Shown: one piece after another, positions 8,922 to 18,850 of the stretch
Layout: each line of letters opens with the position of its first letter
How positions within the stretch are numbered: position 1 is the first letter of the stretch
From: an uncultured bacterium
Lineage (GTDB): Bacteria; Verrucomicrobiota; Kiritimatiellia; PWTM01
Direction: 5' to 3'
NCBI GenBank assembly: GCA_900661335.1
Contig: CAACVY010000001.1
Span: 61,379-125,378 of the forward strand
DNA length: 64,000 nt
The notes under the pieces: generated by a model
The model's input: only the letters and a program-made list of their open reading frames with translations
The model's database searches: none
What the model was told of the DNA's origin: nothing
Position numbers and translations under genes: made by a program

Positions 8922-10726
8922 GTGTCTTCGAACCCCTCGCAGCGGTTAAGTTCGACCGGTTCGATGAGATCCAGTAGCCGGCGCCAGTCGCGTCGGACTC
9001 CGCGGGACCCCAGGGCGAGGTATGCACCGGCAAGCGAGCCGTTACCTAAGACCGTAATTCGATCGGACGGCACGGGGGGCAGTAACCCGATTTGGATGGC
9101 GTTTTGCAAATGGATGTGATGCGCGAATGCGCCGGCCAAAATCAGGCCATCGAGACGTTCGACTGAAACTCCCGCTTGGCGTAGAAGGGTGGTCCACCCA
9201 GCCTGGATGGCCGCTTTGGCTTTCAGAAGCTCCGCGATGTCCGCTTCACTGATTATCAGCGGCTCATGATGCGCCGTGTGTTCTGCGGGTACGAGGACAC
9301 ACCCCGCCACAGGATGGCGTCCGATAAGGACTTGGCAGCGTCGCCCCGCGTGGTCCCACCTGGCTTCGCGGAACCGGCCGGCGCTGTCGATCCAGCCGGC
9401 ACGGTACAACTCTGCGAGCAAGTCGACCAGGGCGGAACCACAAAGTCCCGTTGGTGCGCTGGTCCCCAACACGGACCATGTGAGGGTTCCGTTGGGTTCG
9501 AACCAGATGTGATCAATGGCTCCCTCGGTGGCGCGCATTCCATGGGCCACGCCGTGTCCTTCGAATGCCGGACCTGCCGCCGTGGCACATCCGCGCAATC
9601 GCGTGCCATCCCACAGCAGCAGTTCCCCATTGGTGCCGAGGTCGACCAGCAGATGCACGCCTTTGCGATGGATGAGTCGGGATGCGACGGCATCCGCCGT
9701 CAAGTCGCCGCCGACATGAGCGCTGAGGGCCGGGACAAGTTCTACCACCGCGCTCGGAGCCACATGCAATCCGACCTCGCGTGCTCGGACGGGCCACGGC
9801 CATCGGACCAGCGGTCGGAATGGCAAGCGACCTATGCCGCTGGGCGAGAGACCTAGAAACAGATGTTCCATGACCGTGTTTCCGGCGACCACGACGTGCA
9901 AAATATCGGTTGGAGTCACTCCGGCCTGGTCGCACACCCGTTGAATCAGCGGGTTGAGCGTATGACGCACCACCAGTTCTTGAAGGTCCGACAATCCATC
10001 TGGACGTTCCGACGCGGTGATACGGCTGGCTACGTCTGCGCCGCGGGCGATTTGGGCGTTGTAGTCGGAGGCGCGGCCCAGCACCCGGCCGTCCGTGAGA
10101 TCTACCAGTGCGACGACGACGGTGGTCGTACCCACGTCAATGGCCAGCCCCAGCGGCCGTGGAAGGCCGCCGGCTGGCCGCACTCCCGCCACCCAGGAGA
10201 GGTTCGAGACCTCCACCACGGCCAGGTCTGCCTCGAGTTGTTCAGGGTCGGGGGCCGAGCGAAGTTCTGGAAGATCCACTACGAGCGCGTGGGTTTGCTG
10301 CCGAACCGACTGAGCCCAGTGCTCGACCAGAGAGGTGGCCGGCGTGGCCGTGTCCCTACACTGGATCACCCGGAGGGCAGGCTGCCAATGTGGTCTCCAG
10401 CCGTGAAAGTCGGTCAGCGCGGACGGGCGCGTTTCGCGCAGCGAGCGTTCGGGGACCCGGACGACAATTTCGTCGTTGCCCAGTGGATACGCCTGGCAGG
10501 CCAAAACCGTGACAGGGTGGGGGCCGGCTTGGATTGTGCGAGCGCCGACTCGGACCGATCCTTGTTCGAGAACGACGGCGCAGCGCCCGCACCGGCCGCG
10601 CCCCTCGCATACCATGTTGAGCGGGAGGTGGATTTGGAGGGCCAGCTCGGCGAGGGTCGCATTCGCTTCCGCAGGCATGCCACGAACGTGGTGGCGCCAG
10701 CGAAAGGTCACCTTCATCTGTTCCAC
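8888..10726 (-). CDS. RACo-type reductive activator of corrinoid proteins (2Fe-2S ferredoxin + ASKHA/DUF4445 ATPase)
   Basis: N-terminal CEGRGRCGRC plant-type 2Fe-2S motif, and an ASKHA phosphate-1 motif GLAIDVGTTTVVVALVDL. 612 aa, typical of RamA/RACo. Confidence 0.7.
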   Translation of the reverse strand: MEQMKVTFRWRHHVRGMPAEANATLAELALQIHLPLNMVCEGRGRCGRCAVVLEQGSVRVGARTIQAGPHPVTVLACQAYPLGNDEIVVRVPERSLRETRPSALTDFHGWRPHWQPALRVIQCRDTATPATSLVEHWAQSVRQQTHALVVDLPELRSAPDPEQLEADLAVVEVSNLSWVAGVRPAGGLPRPLGLAIDVGTTTVVVALVDLTDGRVLGRASDYNAQIARGADVASRITASERPDGLSDLQELVVRHTLNPLIQRVCDQAGVTPTDILHVVVAGNTVMEHLFLGLSPSGIGRLPFRPLVRWPWPVRAREVGLHVAPSAVVELVPALSAHVGGDLTADAVASRLIHRKGVHLLVDLGTNGELLLWDGTRLRGCATAAGPAFEGHGVAHGMRATEGAIDHIWFEPNGTLTWSVLGTSAPTGLCGSALVDLLAELYRAGWIDSAGRFREARWDHAGRRCQVLIGRHPVAGCVLVPAEHTAHHEPLIISEADIAELLKAKAAIQAGWTTLLRQAGVSVERLDGLILAGAFAHHIHLQNAIQIGLLPPVPSDRITVLGNGSLAGAYLALGSRGVRRDWRRLLDLIEPVELNRCEGFEDTYIAALFLGES

Positions 10727-10733
10727 CGGCCGA

Positions 10734-11369
10734 TCAATTGCTCAGCCCGAGGCAACGCTCTACCACGTGCACCGCTTGGCCGGCGTCCTCGCCATATCCG
10801 TGGGCGCCGATTTCGTCCGCGTATTCCTGCGTGATCGGGGCTCCGCCAATGATGATTTTCACGTCGCCACGGTTGCGGAAGTACTCGGTGACCACTCGCA
10901 TGTAGGGCATGGTGGTGGTGAGCAGAGCACTCATCAAGACCGCTTGGGCGCCTTGTTCCACCGCGCGAGCGAACTTCGTGACGTCGACATCCGTGCCCAA
11001 ATCCATCACCTCAAAGCCCGCACCCTTCAGCATCATCGCGACCAGGTTCTTGCCAATGTCGTGCAGGTCCCCTTTGACCGTTCCGATGCAAACCTTTGCG
11101 CGGGGTTGATGGCCGGCTCGGACCAACAACGGTTCCAGAATATCGAGACCCGCTTGCATCGCCCGGGCCGCCACCAGCATTTGGGGAATAAAAATTTCGT
11201 GTCGGGAAAATGCTTCCCCGACTTCGCGCATGGCGGGCACCATGGTCTCGTTCAACAACTCGATCGGGGATGCCCCTCCATCCAAGGCTGCGCGAACCAA
11301 TTGCTGGACCTCCGGCTTTTTGCCCATCCGGATTGCGTTGAACAATGCCTCGTTCCGAGCCACGATCAT
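10734..11369 (-). CDS. cobalamin-binding corrinoid protein (MtbC/MtmC-like)
   Basis: B12-binding DxHxxG motif GDLHDIGKN, then MSALLTTT and IIGGAP. The start is either ATG 11369 (MIVARNE) or 11399. Confidence 0.75.
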   Translation of the reverse strand: MIVARNEALFNAIRMGKKPEVQQLVRAALDGGASPIELLNETMVPAMREVGEAFSRHEIFIPQMLVAARAMQAGLDILEPLLVRAGHQPRAKVCIGTVKGDLHDIGKNLVAMMLKGAGFEVMDLGTDVDVTKFARAVEQGAQAVLMSALLTTTMPYMRVVTEYFRNRGDVKIIIGGAPITQEYADEIGAHGYGEDAGQAVHVVERCLGLSN

Positions 11370-11379
11370 CGCTCCTTCC

Positions 11380-11802
11380 TTATCGTTCGTCCTTGCCAAG
11401 CGGCAAATCTTGGAGAATGTCGGTCATGCGGTCGAGTGCGGCCTGGATAATGGCCATTTCCTCGCGGATGCGCTCGAACCGCAAGGCGTGGTCAATCCGC
11501 ATTTTTTCGAGGTACCGCTTCCGATCCAGCACTTCCTCCATGGTAACTTGCAATCGCTGGACTTTGGCCTTCAGGGCGCGCGTTTCGTCCGATTCCTCGC
11601 CCGTAAGAATGGTGGTAGACGAACCTGGAGGCGACGCTTCGAGTTCTTCGCGCGTGGGGACCTGCATCCGCTGGCCGCAATCTGGACAGGTCACGATCAG
11701 CCCTGCCCCGCGTTCGTCAATTCCGAGGCTCTTGCCGCACTTGGGGCACTCGAACAGGATGTCGTGGTCAGTAAACCCGGGCGGAAGGCTCTGTTCGGTC
11801 AT
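11380..11802 (-). CDS. zinc-ribbon plus coiled-coil protein, unknown function
   Basis: CPKCGKS...CPDCGQ zinc ribbon, with a C-terminal heptad-rich segment. First gene of the minus-strand operon with the corrinoid protein and RACo. Confidence 0.45.
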   Translation of the reverse strand: MTEQSLPPGFTDHDILFECPKCGKSLGIDERGAGLIVTCPDCGQRMQVPTREELEASPPGSSTTILTGEESDETRALKAKVQRLQVTMEEVLDRKRYLEKMRIDHALRFERIREEMAIIQAALDRMTDILQDLPLGKDER

Positions 11803-12376
11803 AGCTCACCTCATGCTCCGAAGTGATACTAGAGTCTGCGGGCGAGCATTGCAAGCAGCCGGGAGCGTGTTGTATGGGTCGGGTCGGTGAAGCGTGATGC
11901 GGTAACCGCGCGTCATCCCCCTGGCTCGATTCAACGAATGCTCAGTTCACGGTGGTGGTTCTGGCCCGGAGAACATTCAGGGACCCGCCACTTTGCTCGA
12001 GTCATTGGGGCTCCGCCGCTGACGAGGCGTGAGCGCCAGGGGAGGCCGCCGTACGTTCATTGTTCGCGAGCAGAGCGGCCACGCTGCCGCGGCGAGGTGT
12101 CGCCACACGGCTCCCAGTCTACTCGGGCATGTGGGGCTCGTCCGCCGCCCGAGCTGCGAGCGACATTTCAGCCTAGCGGCAGGGCCCGAGCGGAGTGGCG
12201 CACTTGCAGCTGAGTGAGGGCTCCTCGCAGTCATTCGGGGCGCCGGCACCTTGCGGAGCCTGCCGGGCTTTTGGGGGCTTGTGAACCCATACGCACCAAT
12301 CACATGGAACTCGACACGGGTGCGGAGGTCGGTTGAACAACCGTTGAGGCATCGGTATCATGTGCAGACCGTCCAG

Positions 12377-13609
12377 ATGGAACCATCCGGTGTCATCATT
12401 GTGGGAATCACGGGGGGCATCGCAGCCTACAAGGCGGCGGAGGTGGTGCGCGCTCTAGACCGGGCGGGCCGGGAGGTACATGTGATGATGACCCCTGCGG
12501 CCACGGAATTTGTGAGTCCCTTGACGTTCGCCGCACTCGTACGACGGCCAGTGCTGACGCAGATGTTTCCGAATCCGGAACTGGCCACGGGCGAAGCGCT
12601 CTATCCCCACTTGCAGCCCGCCGAGCGCGCCGATGCATTTCTCGTTTGCCCAGCCACGGCCGATGCGATTGCCCGCTTGGCCGTCGGCATGGCGAACGAT
12701 GTGGTGACGGCTGCGGCGCTGTCCTTGCCTGCCGGGTGCCATCGGTTTTTCGCTCCGGCGATGAACGACCGGATGTGGGCGAACCCGATCGTTCGCGAGA
12801 ATACGCAGCGGCTGGAGTCTTGGGGCTGGGTCCGGATTGGGCCGGCTTCGGGGGCGCTTGCATGCGGGGCGATGGGAGAAGGTCGAATGGCCGATCCGGA
12901 GCAGATCGCAGAAATCGTGTTGCGAACGGGCCATCGCTTGGTGGGTCAGCGGTGGTTGGTGCTGTCTGGCCCCACACGCGAGCCGATTGACGCAGTACGA
13001 TTCGTCAGCAACGCCAGTTCAGGCCGGATGGGCCAAGCCGTGGCCTTGGCCGCGGCGGTCGAAGGCGCGAAAGTGGTCTTTATTACCGGCCCGGTGGAGC
13101 CGGAGCGGTGGCCAGTACATCCGGCGGTGGAGGTTCATTTGGTCCAAACCGCTCGCGAAATGCTGGAGGTGGCGGCGACGATGGTGGGGAGCGCCGATGT
13201 AGTGGTGTTCGCGGCCGCGGTCGCGGACATGGCGCCGGCATCTCCCGCGGCGGTGAAACTCCCCAAACATCGTTTGGGTCGTGTTCTTCGGTGGGCGCCG
13301 ACGCCAGACATCGCGGCCTCGTTACCCCGGCGTGAAGGACAGACCCGGATCGGGTTCGCGCTAGAAAGTGATGACGGCCGGACCTCGGCCGCACGGAAGT
13401 TGCAGTCGAAGCACTTGGACGCGATCGTATTAAATCGGCCCGAGAGCATGGGGGCCTCCGAGGCAGAGTTCGAATTTTTGGAGGCCGGGAAGTCGTCGAC
13501 GTGGGAATCCTGGGGGCGTTTGAGCAAGGACGCTTGCGCCCGTCGGTTGGTGGAGTGGGTGATTGCGCGGAGATCCCGTGCATCGGAATCGAGTTTTGAG
13601 AAAGGGTGA
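12377..13609 (+). CDS. coaBC: bifunctional phosphopantothenoylcysteine decarboxylase / phosphopantothenate-cysteine ligase
   Basis: MEPSGVIIVGITGGIAAYK flavoprotein N-terminus, PAMNDRMW, and a C-terminal CoaB ligase domain. The ORF upstream of ATG 12377 is a non-native extension. Confidence 0.8.
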   Translation: MEPSGVIIVGITGGIAAYKAAEVVRALDRAGREVHVMMTPAATEFVSPLTFAALVRRPVLTQMFPNPELATGEALYPHLQPAERADAFLVCPATADAIARLAVGMANDVVTAAALSLPAGCHRFFAPAMNDRMWANPIVRENTQRLESWGWVRIGPASGALACGAMGEGRMADPEQIAEIVLRTGHRLVGQRWLVLSGPTREPIDAVRFVSNASSGRMGQAVALAAAVEGAKVVFITGPVEPERWPVHPAVEVHLVQTAREMLEVAATMVGSADVVVFAAAVADMAPASPAAVKLPKHRLGRVLRWAPTPDIAASLPRREGQTRIGFALESDDGRTSAARKLQSKHLDAIVLNRPESMGASEAEFEFLEAGKSSTWESWGRLSKDACARRLVEWVIARRSRASESSFEKG

Positions 13610-13612
13610 ACG

Positions 13613-15298
13613 ATGGGCACGACGCAGATCCCAAGTACACAACGCGCAATTCAATTGGTGGGTATAGATGAATTGGTCCTCAATGAGTCCAAGCCCGTGT
13701 ATGCACCTGGGCCGCACCAGATCCTTTGCCAGGTGGTGGCCTGTGGTTTGTGCTATTCCGACCTGAAACTTCTGAAGCAATTCTCTCAGCACGTTCGAAA
13801 GGGGCCGGTGATCTCCGGCATTGACCCCGGGGTGTTGGCGTCGTTCCCGGGGTACGTGCCCGGCGATGCGCCCACGGTACCCGGTCATGAACCTGTGGTA
13901 AAAATCGCGGCCGTCGGTCCGGGCGTGCACCGTTTCCGGGTGGGCGAGCAGTACTTCGTCCAGGCCGACTGGCGCTGGCTTCGCACGGCTCAGTCCAATG
14001 GTGCGTTCGGATACAACTTCGAGGGAGCACTGCAGGAGTATGTGTTGCTGGACGAGCGGCTGATTACATCGCCCGAGGGCGAGGTGATGCTGTTGCCGGC
14101 GCCGGTAGGACGGCGCTCCGCGTCGGCCTATGCGCTGGTCGAGCCCTGGGCGTGTGTGGAAGAATCGTACCGAAGCGTGGAGCGAAGGACCTTGCGCGCC
14201 GGAGGGAGGTTACTGGTGGTGGCGGATTCCACCCCGGATATCGAGAAACTTCGACGGCTGATCGCGAATGGACCGCAGCCGGCGCGGATGACTTGGGTCT
14301 CGCCACGCTTGTCGGTGCCAGCTCGCTGGCCGATTCCTGCGGAGCGTGCCAACTCGCTTGCAGAGACGCAAAGCGGTCCGTACGACGACGTGATCTACTT
14401 TGGCCATGACCCCGACATGGTCGAGAAGATCTTCAGTCGCATGGGGCCGAACTCCCTGCTGGTTCTGGTGTTAGGAGGTTCGCGGTTCGGAAGGCCGGTG
14501 AACGTGGCGGTGGGAGCCGTGCACTACCGCAACCTTCGGATCGTTGGGACCAAAACGCACGATCCAGCCGACGCGTTCCAACCCATCCCGGAAACCTCAG
14601 AAATCCGGCCGGGGAGCCGCGTGCATATCATCGGGGCGGCGGGGCCCATGGGCGTCATGCATGTGATCCGCGACATTTGTGAAGGGATTCTGGGGCTGAC
14701 GATTGTGGCCTGTGACATTAGCCCGGCGCGGCTGTCGGCGTTGGACCGCTTGGCCAAGCCTCGGGCCAAGCACCACGGGGTAGTGTACGAGTCCTACAAC
14801 TCCACGCGCGGGTTGAACCCCGGGCCCTTCGACTACAGCGTGGTGATGGTTCCATCGCCCGCGTTGGTCGCCGAGGCGGTTCGCACGTCGGCGCCGAGGG
14901 GCATTGTGAACATTTTTGCGGGGATTCCGGCGGACAAGTTCGGCCCCATCGACATGGACTGCTACGTGGAGCGCCAGCTCTACTTTGTTGGAACCAGCGG
15001 GTCGGTGATGAGTGACATGCAGGCGGTGCTCGCCAAGGTGGAAAAGGGCACGTTGGACACGAACGTTTCGGTGGCGGCAGTATCCGGGCTGGACGGGGCG
15101 GTGGATGGCATTCGGGCGGTGGAAGTTCAGTCCATTCCAGGCAAAATCATTGTGTACCCGGCGTGTCGGGGACTTCCACTGACACGGTTGGACGAATTGC
15201 CGCAGCGGTGGCCGGAGGTGGCGGAGAAGCTCCAGGACGGCGTGTGGACTTTGGAAGCCGAACGTGCGTTGCTGAACTTGTTCTCGAGCGGAGAATGA
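13613..15298 (+). CDS. zinc-type medium-chain dehydrogenase/reductase, unusually long (561 aa)
   Basis: The GroES-like domain has CGLCYSDL and GHEPV zinc ligands. The Rossmann motif VHIIGAAGPMGV comes only at about residue 335, so roughly 120 aa are inserted between the catalytic and NAD domains. The ATG overlaps the coaBC stop (GTGA). Confidence 0.6.
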   Translation: MGTTQIPSTQRAIQLVGIDELVLNESKPVYAPGPHQILCQVVACGLCYSDLKLLKQFSQHVRKGPVISGIDPGVLASFPGYVPGDAPTVPGHEPVVKIAAVGPGVHRFRVGEQYFVQADWRWLRTAQSNGAFGYNFEGALQEYVLLDERLITSPEGEVMLLPAPVGRRSASAYALVEPWACVEESYRSVERRTLRAGGRLLVVADSTPDIEKLRRLIANGPQPARMTWVSPRLSVPARWPIPAERANSLAETQSGPYDDVIYFGHDPDMVEKIFSRMGPNSLLVLVLGGSRFGRPVNVAVGAVHYRNLRIVGTKTHDPADAFQPIPETSEIRPGSRVHIIGAAGPMGVMHVIRDICEGILGLTIVACDISPARLSALDRLAKPRAKHHGVVYESYNSTRGLNPGPFDYSVVMVPSPALVAEAVRTSAPRGIVNIFAGIPADKFGPIDMDCYVERQLYFVGTSGSVMSDMQAVLAKVEKGTLDTNVSVAAVSGLDGAVDGIRAVEVQSIPGKIIVYPACRGLPLTRLDELPQRWPEVAEKLQDGVWTLEAERALLNLFSSGE

Positions 15299-15311
15299 GG
15301 GGAAGGCTCCC

Positions 15312-16130
15312 ATGAGCGAGATGTGTTGCCTTCGTGGACGCGTGGCGGTGGTGACTGGCGGCGCTCAAGGGCTCGGGGCGGCCATCTGCGAGCGCTTGGC
15401 ACGGGAAGGTTGCGCGGTGGGAATCGCGGACATCCAAGAGTCGGCGGCGCTGGAGACCGCGGAGCGAATCCGGCGCGAAACGGGACAGCCGGTGTGGGCT
15501 CAGAAGACCGACGTGACTTGCGAGGACGACGTGGCCGCGCTGTTCGACCGCGCGATTCGCGAGTGGGGCCGAGTGGACATCGCGGTCGCCAATGCGGCCA
15601 TCCTCATCGCTGAGCCGATCATTCAAGCGGACGCCCAGCGCTGGCGGGCCGTGATGAACGTGAATCTTTTTGGCAACTTCTTGACGTTCAAGCATGCGTG
15701 TCGCGTGATGGTCCCGCGTCGGCGAGGCGTGATCATTCAAATCAATTCTAAGTCGGGCAAGAAGGGGAGCGCGGCAAACTCGGCCTATGCAGCGAGCAAG
15801 TTTGGTGGGATCGGCTTAGTTCAAAGCGTGGCGTTGGAAATGGCGCCGTATGGCATCCGCTGCAATGCGATTTGTCCGGGAAACTTGCTCGATTCGCCGC
15901 TATGGACGGATCCGGAGCGTGGCTTGTTTGTTCAGTATCTAAGGGCCGGCAAGGTGCCCGGGGCGAAGACCATCGAGGACGTTCGGCAGCACTACATTTC
16001 CCAGGTTCCGCTTGGGAGGGGTTGCACATACGAGGACGTGTGCAACGTGTTGGTATTTCTGGCGTCGGATGCGGCTTCGTACATGACCGGCCAGGCGATC
16101 AACGTCACCGGCGGGCAAGAAATGCGATGA
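15312..16130 (+). CDS. SDR-family oxidoreductase (sorbitol-6-phosphate dehydrogenase-like)
   Basis: VAVVTGGAQGLG, NSKSG...YAASK(YxxxK), NAICPG. Confidence 0.75.
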   Translation: MSEMCCLRGRVAVVTGGAQGLGAAICERLAREGCAVGIADIQESAALETAERIRRETGQPVWAQKTDVTCEDDVAALFDRAIREWGRVDIAVANAAILIAEPIIQADAQRWRAVMNVNLFGNFLTFKHACRVMVPRRRGVIIQINSKSGKKGSAANSAYAASKFGGIGLVQSVALEMAPYGIRCNAICPGNLLDSPLWTDPERGLFVQYLRAGKVPGAKTIEDVRQHYISQVPLGRGCTYEDVCNVLVFLASDAASYMTGQAINVTGGQEMR

Positions 16131-16134
16131 TCCC

Positions 16135-17028
16135 ATGGCCGATCCTGTTGTCGAGTACTTCGAGTTCAGCTATCCCCGGCGGTCGTCCGACTTTTGTCTG
16201 AGGATCCAATGCCCGCCGCGCATGGTTTTTGGCGTGGCGGACATGATTGGGCATCCGCATGGGTTGCGATGGCGCAACTATATCCGAGTTCTCAACCGCT
16301 TCATTGCGGAACTTTTGCGCCACACGCAGACCGTGGGAACGCTGGATGAAATCGTAGCGGCGTTACGGGAACATTTGTTGTGGCACGATCGGCAGATTTA
16401 CGAGTTTCGAATGGCCCACGACCGTTCCGCCTTTGGGTTTTGTCTGATACTGGCCGTCGTGGATTCCACAGGTGCGCGGCTGTTGTGGCTCGGCGACTGC
16501 CGCGCCTATCGGGTGCGCCGGCGGAGTGCACGTTCGGCCGACCGGCCGGCGGTGTTCGATGTAGAATGTCTCACCAAGGATCATAACGCGCTGGGCCAAA
16601 CGCTTGAACAGCGGGGCGAACTGACGGTCTACCAGGCGCAACTTCCAGAGATGACGAAGCGCCTCGGCGCCTTTCTCGGCATCGGAGTTGAGCCCGTGGT
16701 TCGTGGGCTGTTAGAGCATTCGGTCACGTTGCCAGCATTGACCGCCGACGAATGCCTCTTGCTGATGACGGACGGCATCTATATGCCCCACTTGCGTGCC
16801 CAACTGGAGGGAATCCAGCAGCGACTGTCGCGCTCGCAGTATTACTTGGAGACATGGTTTGCCGATCGGCTGTCCGCGGCGGATGAACGGATCCCTCTGG
16901 ATGAGTTCAATTATTGGCCTGAATTGGCCACGGTTTTGGTTGAGGAAACGCTTGATTTGACGCGTCGCCGGCGGCATTATCGCGACGACATGGCGCTGGT
17001 AGGCATGTATTTAGCAGAACCGGAATGA
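16135..17028 (+). CDS. PP2C-family (PPM) Ser/Thr phosphatase, divergent
   Basis: FGVADMIGHPHG (compare DGMGGH), LWLGDCRAY (compare GDSRAY), LLMTDGIY (compare LLCSDG). Confidence 0.55.
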   Translation: MADPVVEYFEFSYPRRSSDFCLRIQCPPRMVFGVADMIGHPHGLRWRNYIRVLNRFIAELLRHTQTVGTLDEIVAALREHLLWHDRQIYEFRMAHDRSAFGFCLILAVVDSTGARLLWLGDCRAYRVRRRSARSADRPAVFDVECLTKDHNALGQTLEQRGELTVYQAQLPEMTKRLGAFLGIGVEPVVRGLLEHSVTLPALTADECLLLMTDGIYMPHLRAQLEGIQQRLSRSQYYLETWFADRLSAADERIPLDEFNYWPELATVLVEETLDLTRRRRHYRDDMALVGMYLAEPE

Positions 17029-17101
17029 CGCCGCGACGCATTGGCGTAGGGACGCGAACGGAAGCGCAGGCGGACTTACATCCAGGGCAGAAATTACCGC
17101 G

Positions 17102-18850
17102 GTGGAGATCGAACTCGCAATCATGTGGCCAACGGCATGGTGGGGACTCCCGTTGGCGGTGGTGGTGGGGGCCATCGGGCTGTTCTTCGTCTGGCGGACG
17201 CGCACGCCCGCGCCACTGCCCTCGGATCCATGGTCATGGCTTGGCCCGGATCCAGGGCGAAAGCTCAAAAATATCCTTCGGGCAAGTGGGTTTGGCAGCG
17301 GGATCCTGGATGCGAAAGGCAATATTCTTTCGGTCAGTACCGAGATTGCCCAATGGGCCGGGATGTCAGTGAGTGAACTCGTAGGACGGTGCATCGGAGA
17401 GTGGATGGCTCCCGACGAGCGGCAGGGCTTATTTGAGCGACTCCATCAATATTTGACCGTGGAAGGTCCTCATTGGGTTTTGCGGCGTTTTCGGACACCG
17501 AAGGGCGAGCCTCTGTGGATCGAGGCGGTTTTGATGAGGATTCCTTCGCTCGTGCCAGAGCATGGGCCTTGGTTGATCTTTTGCTTGGCGCGCGGGGTTT
17601 CGCCCGAGCGGATGAAAGTTCGAGAGCTTCAGGCTCGCGAGTCTTCGTTTCGCCAGTGGGTGGAACGGATGCCTGTGGGCTGGGCTCGTTGGAGTCTTCA
17701 GCGCGATGAGCGCACCGGCGGGCTCGACGTAGTCTGTCAGGAAGTGAACCCGGCGACGGAGAAAATCTTTGGCATGCCCACCCAGGCGATGTTGGGGCGC
17801 AGTATCGCGACGCTGTGGCCAGGCGATGGCGACAAGCTTCAGAAAGAGTTGGCTGCCCTTGCAGCGCCACAATCCCCAACGCCCCAATCCAGAGTGTGTG
17901 AGATCGGCGAACGAATCTACGAGTTGACCGTGTATCCGTGGGCCGACCAGCAGCTGATCACCACGTGGACGGACATTACGGAACGGCATCGAGCCGAGCA
18001 AGCTCGCCGGCAGTTTATGGATTCTGCGGCCCAGCTACAGAAGCTCGACAGTTTGGGCCGATTGGCCGCAGGCTTGGCGCATCAATTCAACAATTTGCTC
18101 ACGACGATCCTCGGCAATGCGGATGTGTTGGCCTCCGAGTGTTCGATGGATGAGGGACTGCGGGAACGTTTTGCGGAAATTGGACGGGCAGCGTACAAGG
18201 CTTCCGACTTGTGTCGGCAATTATTGGCCTACGCCGGCCGGGGACGGATGGCTCAAGAGGAGTTGAACCTCAATCAGCTTCTCGAAGAGATGGCACACTT
18301 ATTGGCGACTGTGTTCGGGCCCAACATCCAGTTCTCTGCTGAGCTTGCGGATGGGCTTCCCAAGATTCGCGGCGATACGATGCAGATCACGCAAGCGGTC
18401 TTAAATCTTCTGACCAATGCGGCGGAGGCCATCGGGGAACAGCCGGGTTCAGTGTGGTTGAAGACGGGAGTGGAAACTTCCAATGGGATGGGAGCGCCGG
18501 AGGTGATCAGCGGGCGTCCTTTGCCTGCGGGTCAGTATGCGTATGTGGAAGTGACCGATACGGGGTGCGGAATGTCGCCGGATACGATGGCGCAAATGTT
18601 TGATCCATTCTTCACGACGAAGTTCACGGGGAGGGGATTGGGGCTGGCGGCGGTCCTGGGCATTGTTCGATCCCATGGAGGGGGCATCCGGGTCCATAGC
18701 CGCTTGGGTGCAGGTACAACTGTGCGGCTGCTTTTCCCTGCGCTGGCCGGTCCCGCATCCGATGGGCGTGGAATGAAGACCTCCGACGGCGAAGGGTGGA
18801 ACCCGCCGAGGCAGGAGCGCTCCGGGGAGGGATCAAGGGCACTGGAATGA
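17102..18850 (+). CDS. membrane PAS-domain sensor histidine kinase
   Basis: N-terminal TM helix, two PAS-like segments, the H-box LAAGLAHQFNNLLTTI, and the ATPase G-boxes DTGCGM and GRGLGL. Confidence 0.75.
   Translation: MEIELAIMWPTAWWGLPLAVVVGAIGLFFVWRTRTPAPLPSDPWSWLGPDPGRKLKNILRASGFGSGILDAKGNILSVSTEIAQWAGMSVSELVGRCIGEWMAPDERQGLFERLHQYLTVEGPHWVLRRFRTPKGEPLWIEAVLMRIPSLVPEHGPWLIFCLARGVSPERMKVRELQARESSFRQWVERMPVGWARWSLQRDERTGGLDVVCQEVNPATEKIFGMPTQAMLGRSIATLWPGDGDKLQKELAALAAPQSPTPQSRVCEIGERIYELTVYPWADQQLITTWTDITERHRAEQARRQFMDSAAQLQKLDSLGRLAAGLAHQFNNLLTTILGNADVLASECSMDEGLRERFAEIGRAAYKASDLCRQLLAYAGRGRMAQEELNLNQLLEEMAHLLATVFGPNIQFSAELADGLPKIRGDTMQITQAVLNLLTNAAEAIGEQPGSVWLKTGVETSNGMGAPEVISGRPLPAGQYAYVEVTDTGCGMSPDTMAQMFDPFFTTKFTGRGLGLAAVLGIVRSHGGGIRVHSRLGAGTTVRLLFPALAGPASDGRGMKTSDGEGWNPPRQERSGEGSRALE

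Noticed and set aside
9863-11450. 323/324-aa plus-strand ORFs across the RACo and corrinoid-protein genes
   Set aside because: Antisense shadows. The minus-strand products have 2Fe-2S, ASKHA and DxHxxG motifs.
14597-15313. 238-aa minus-strand ORF inside the MDR dehydrogenase gene
   Set aside because: Antisense to a motif-bearing gene. High-GC artefact.
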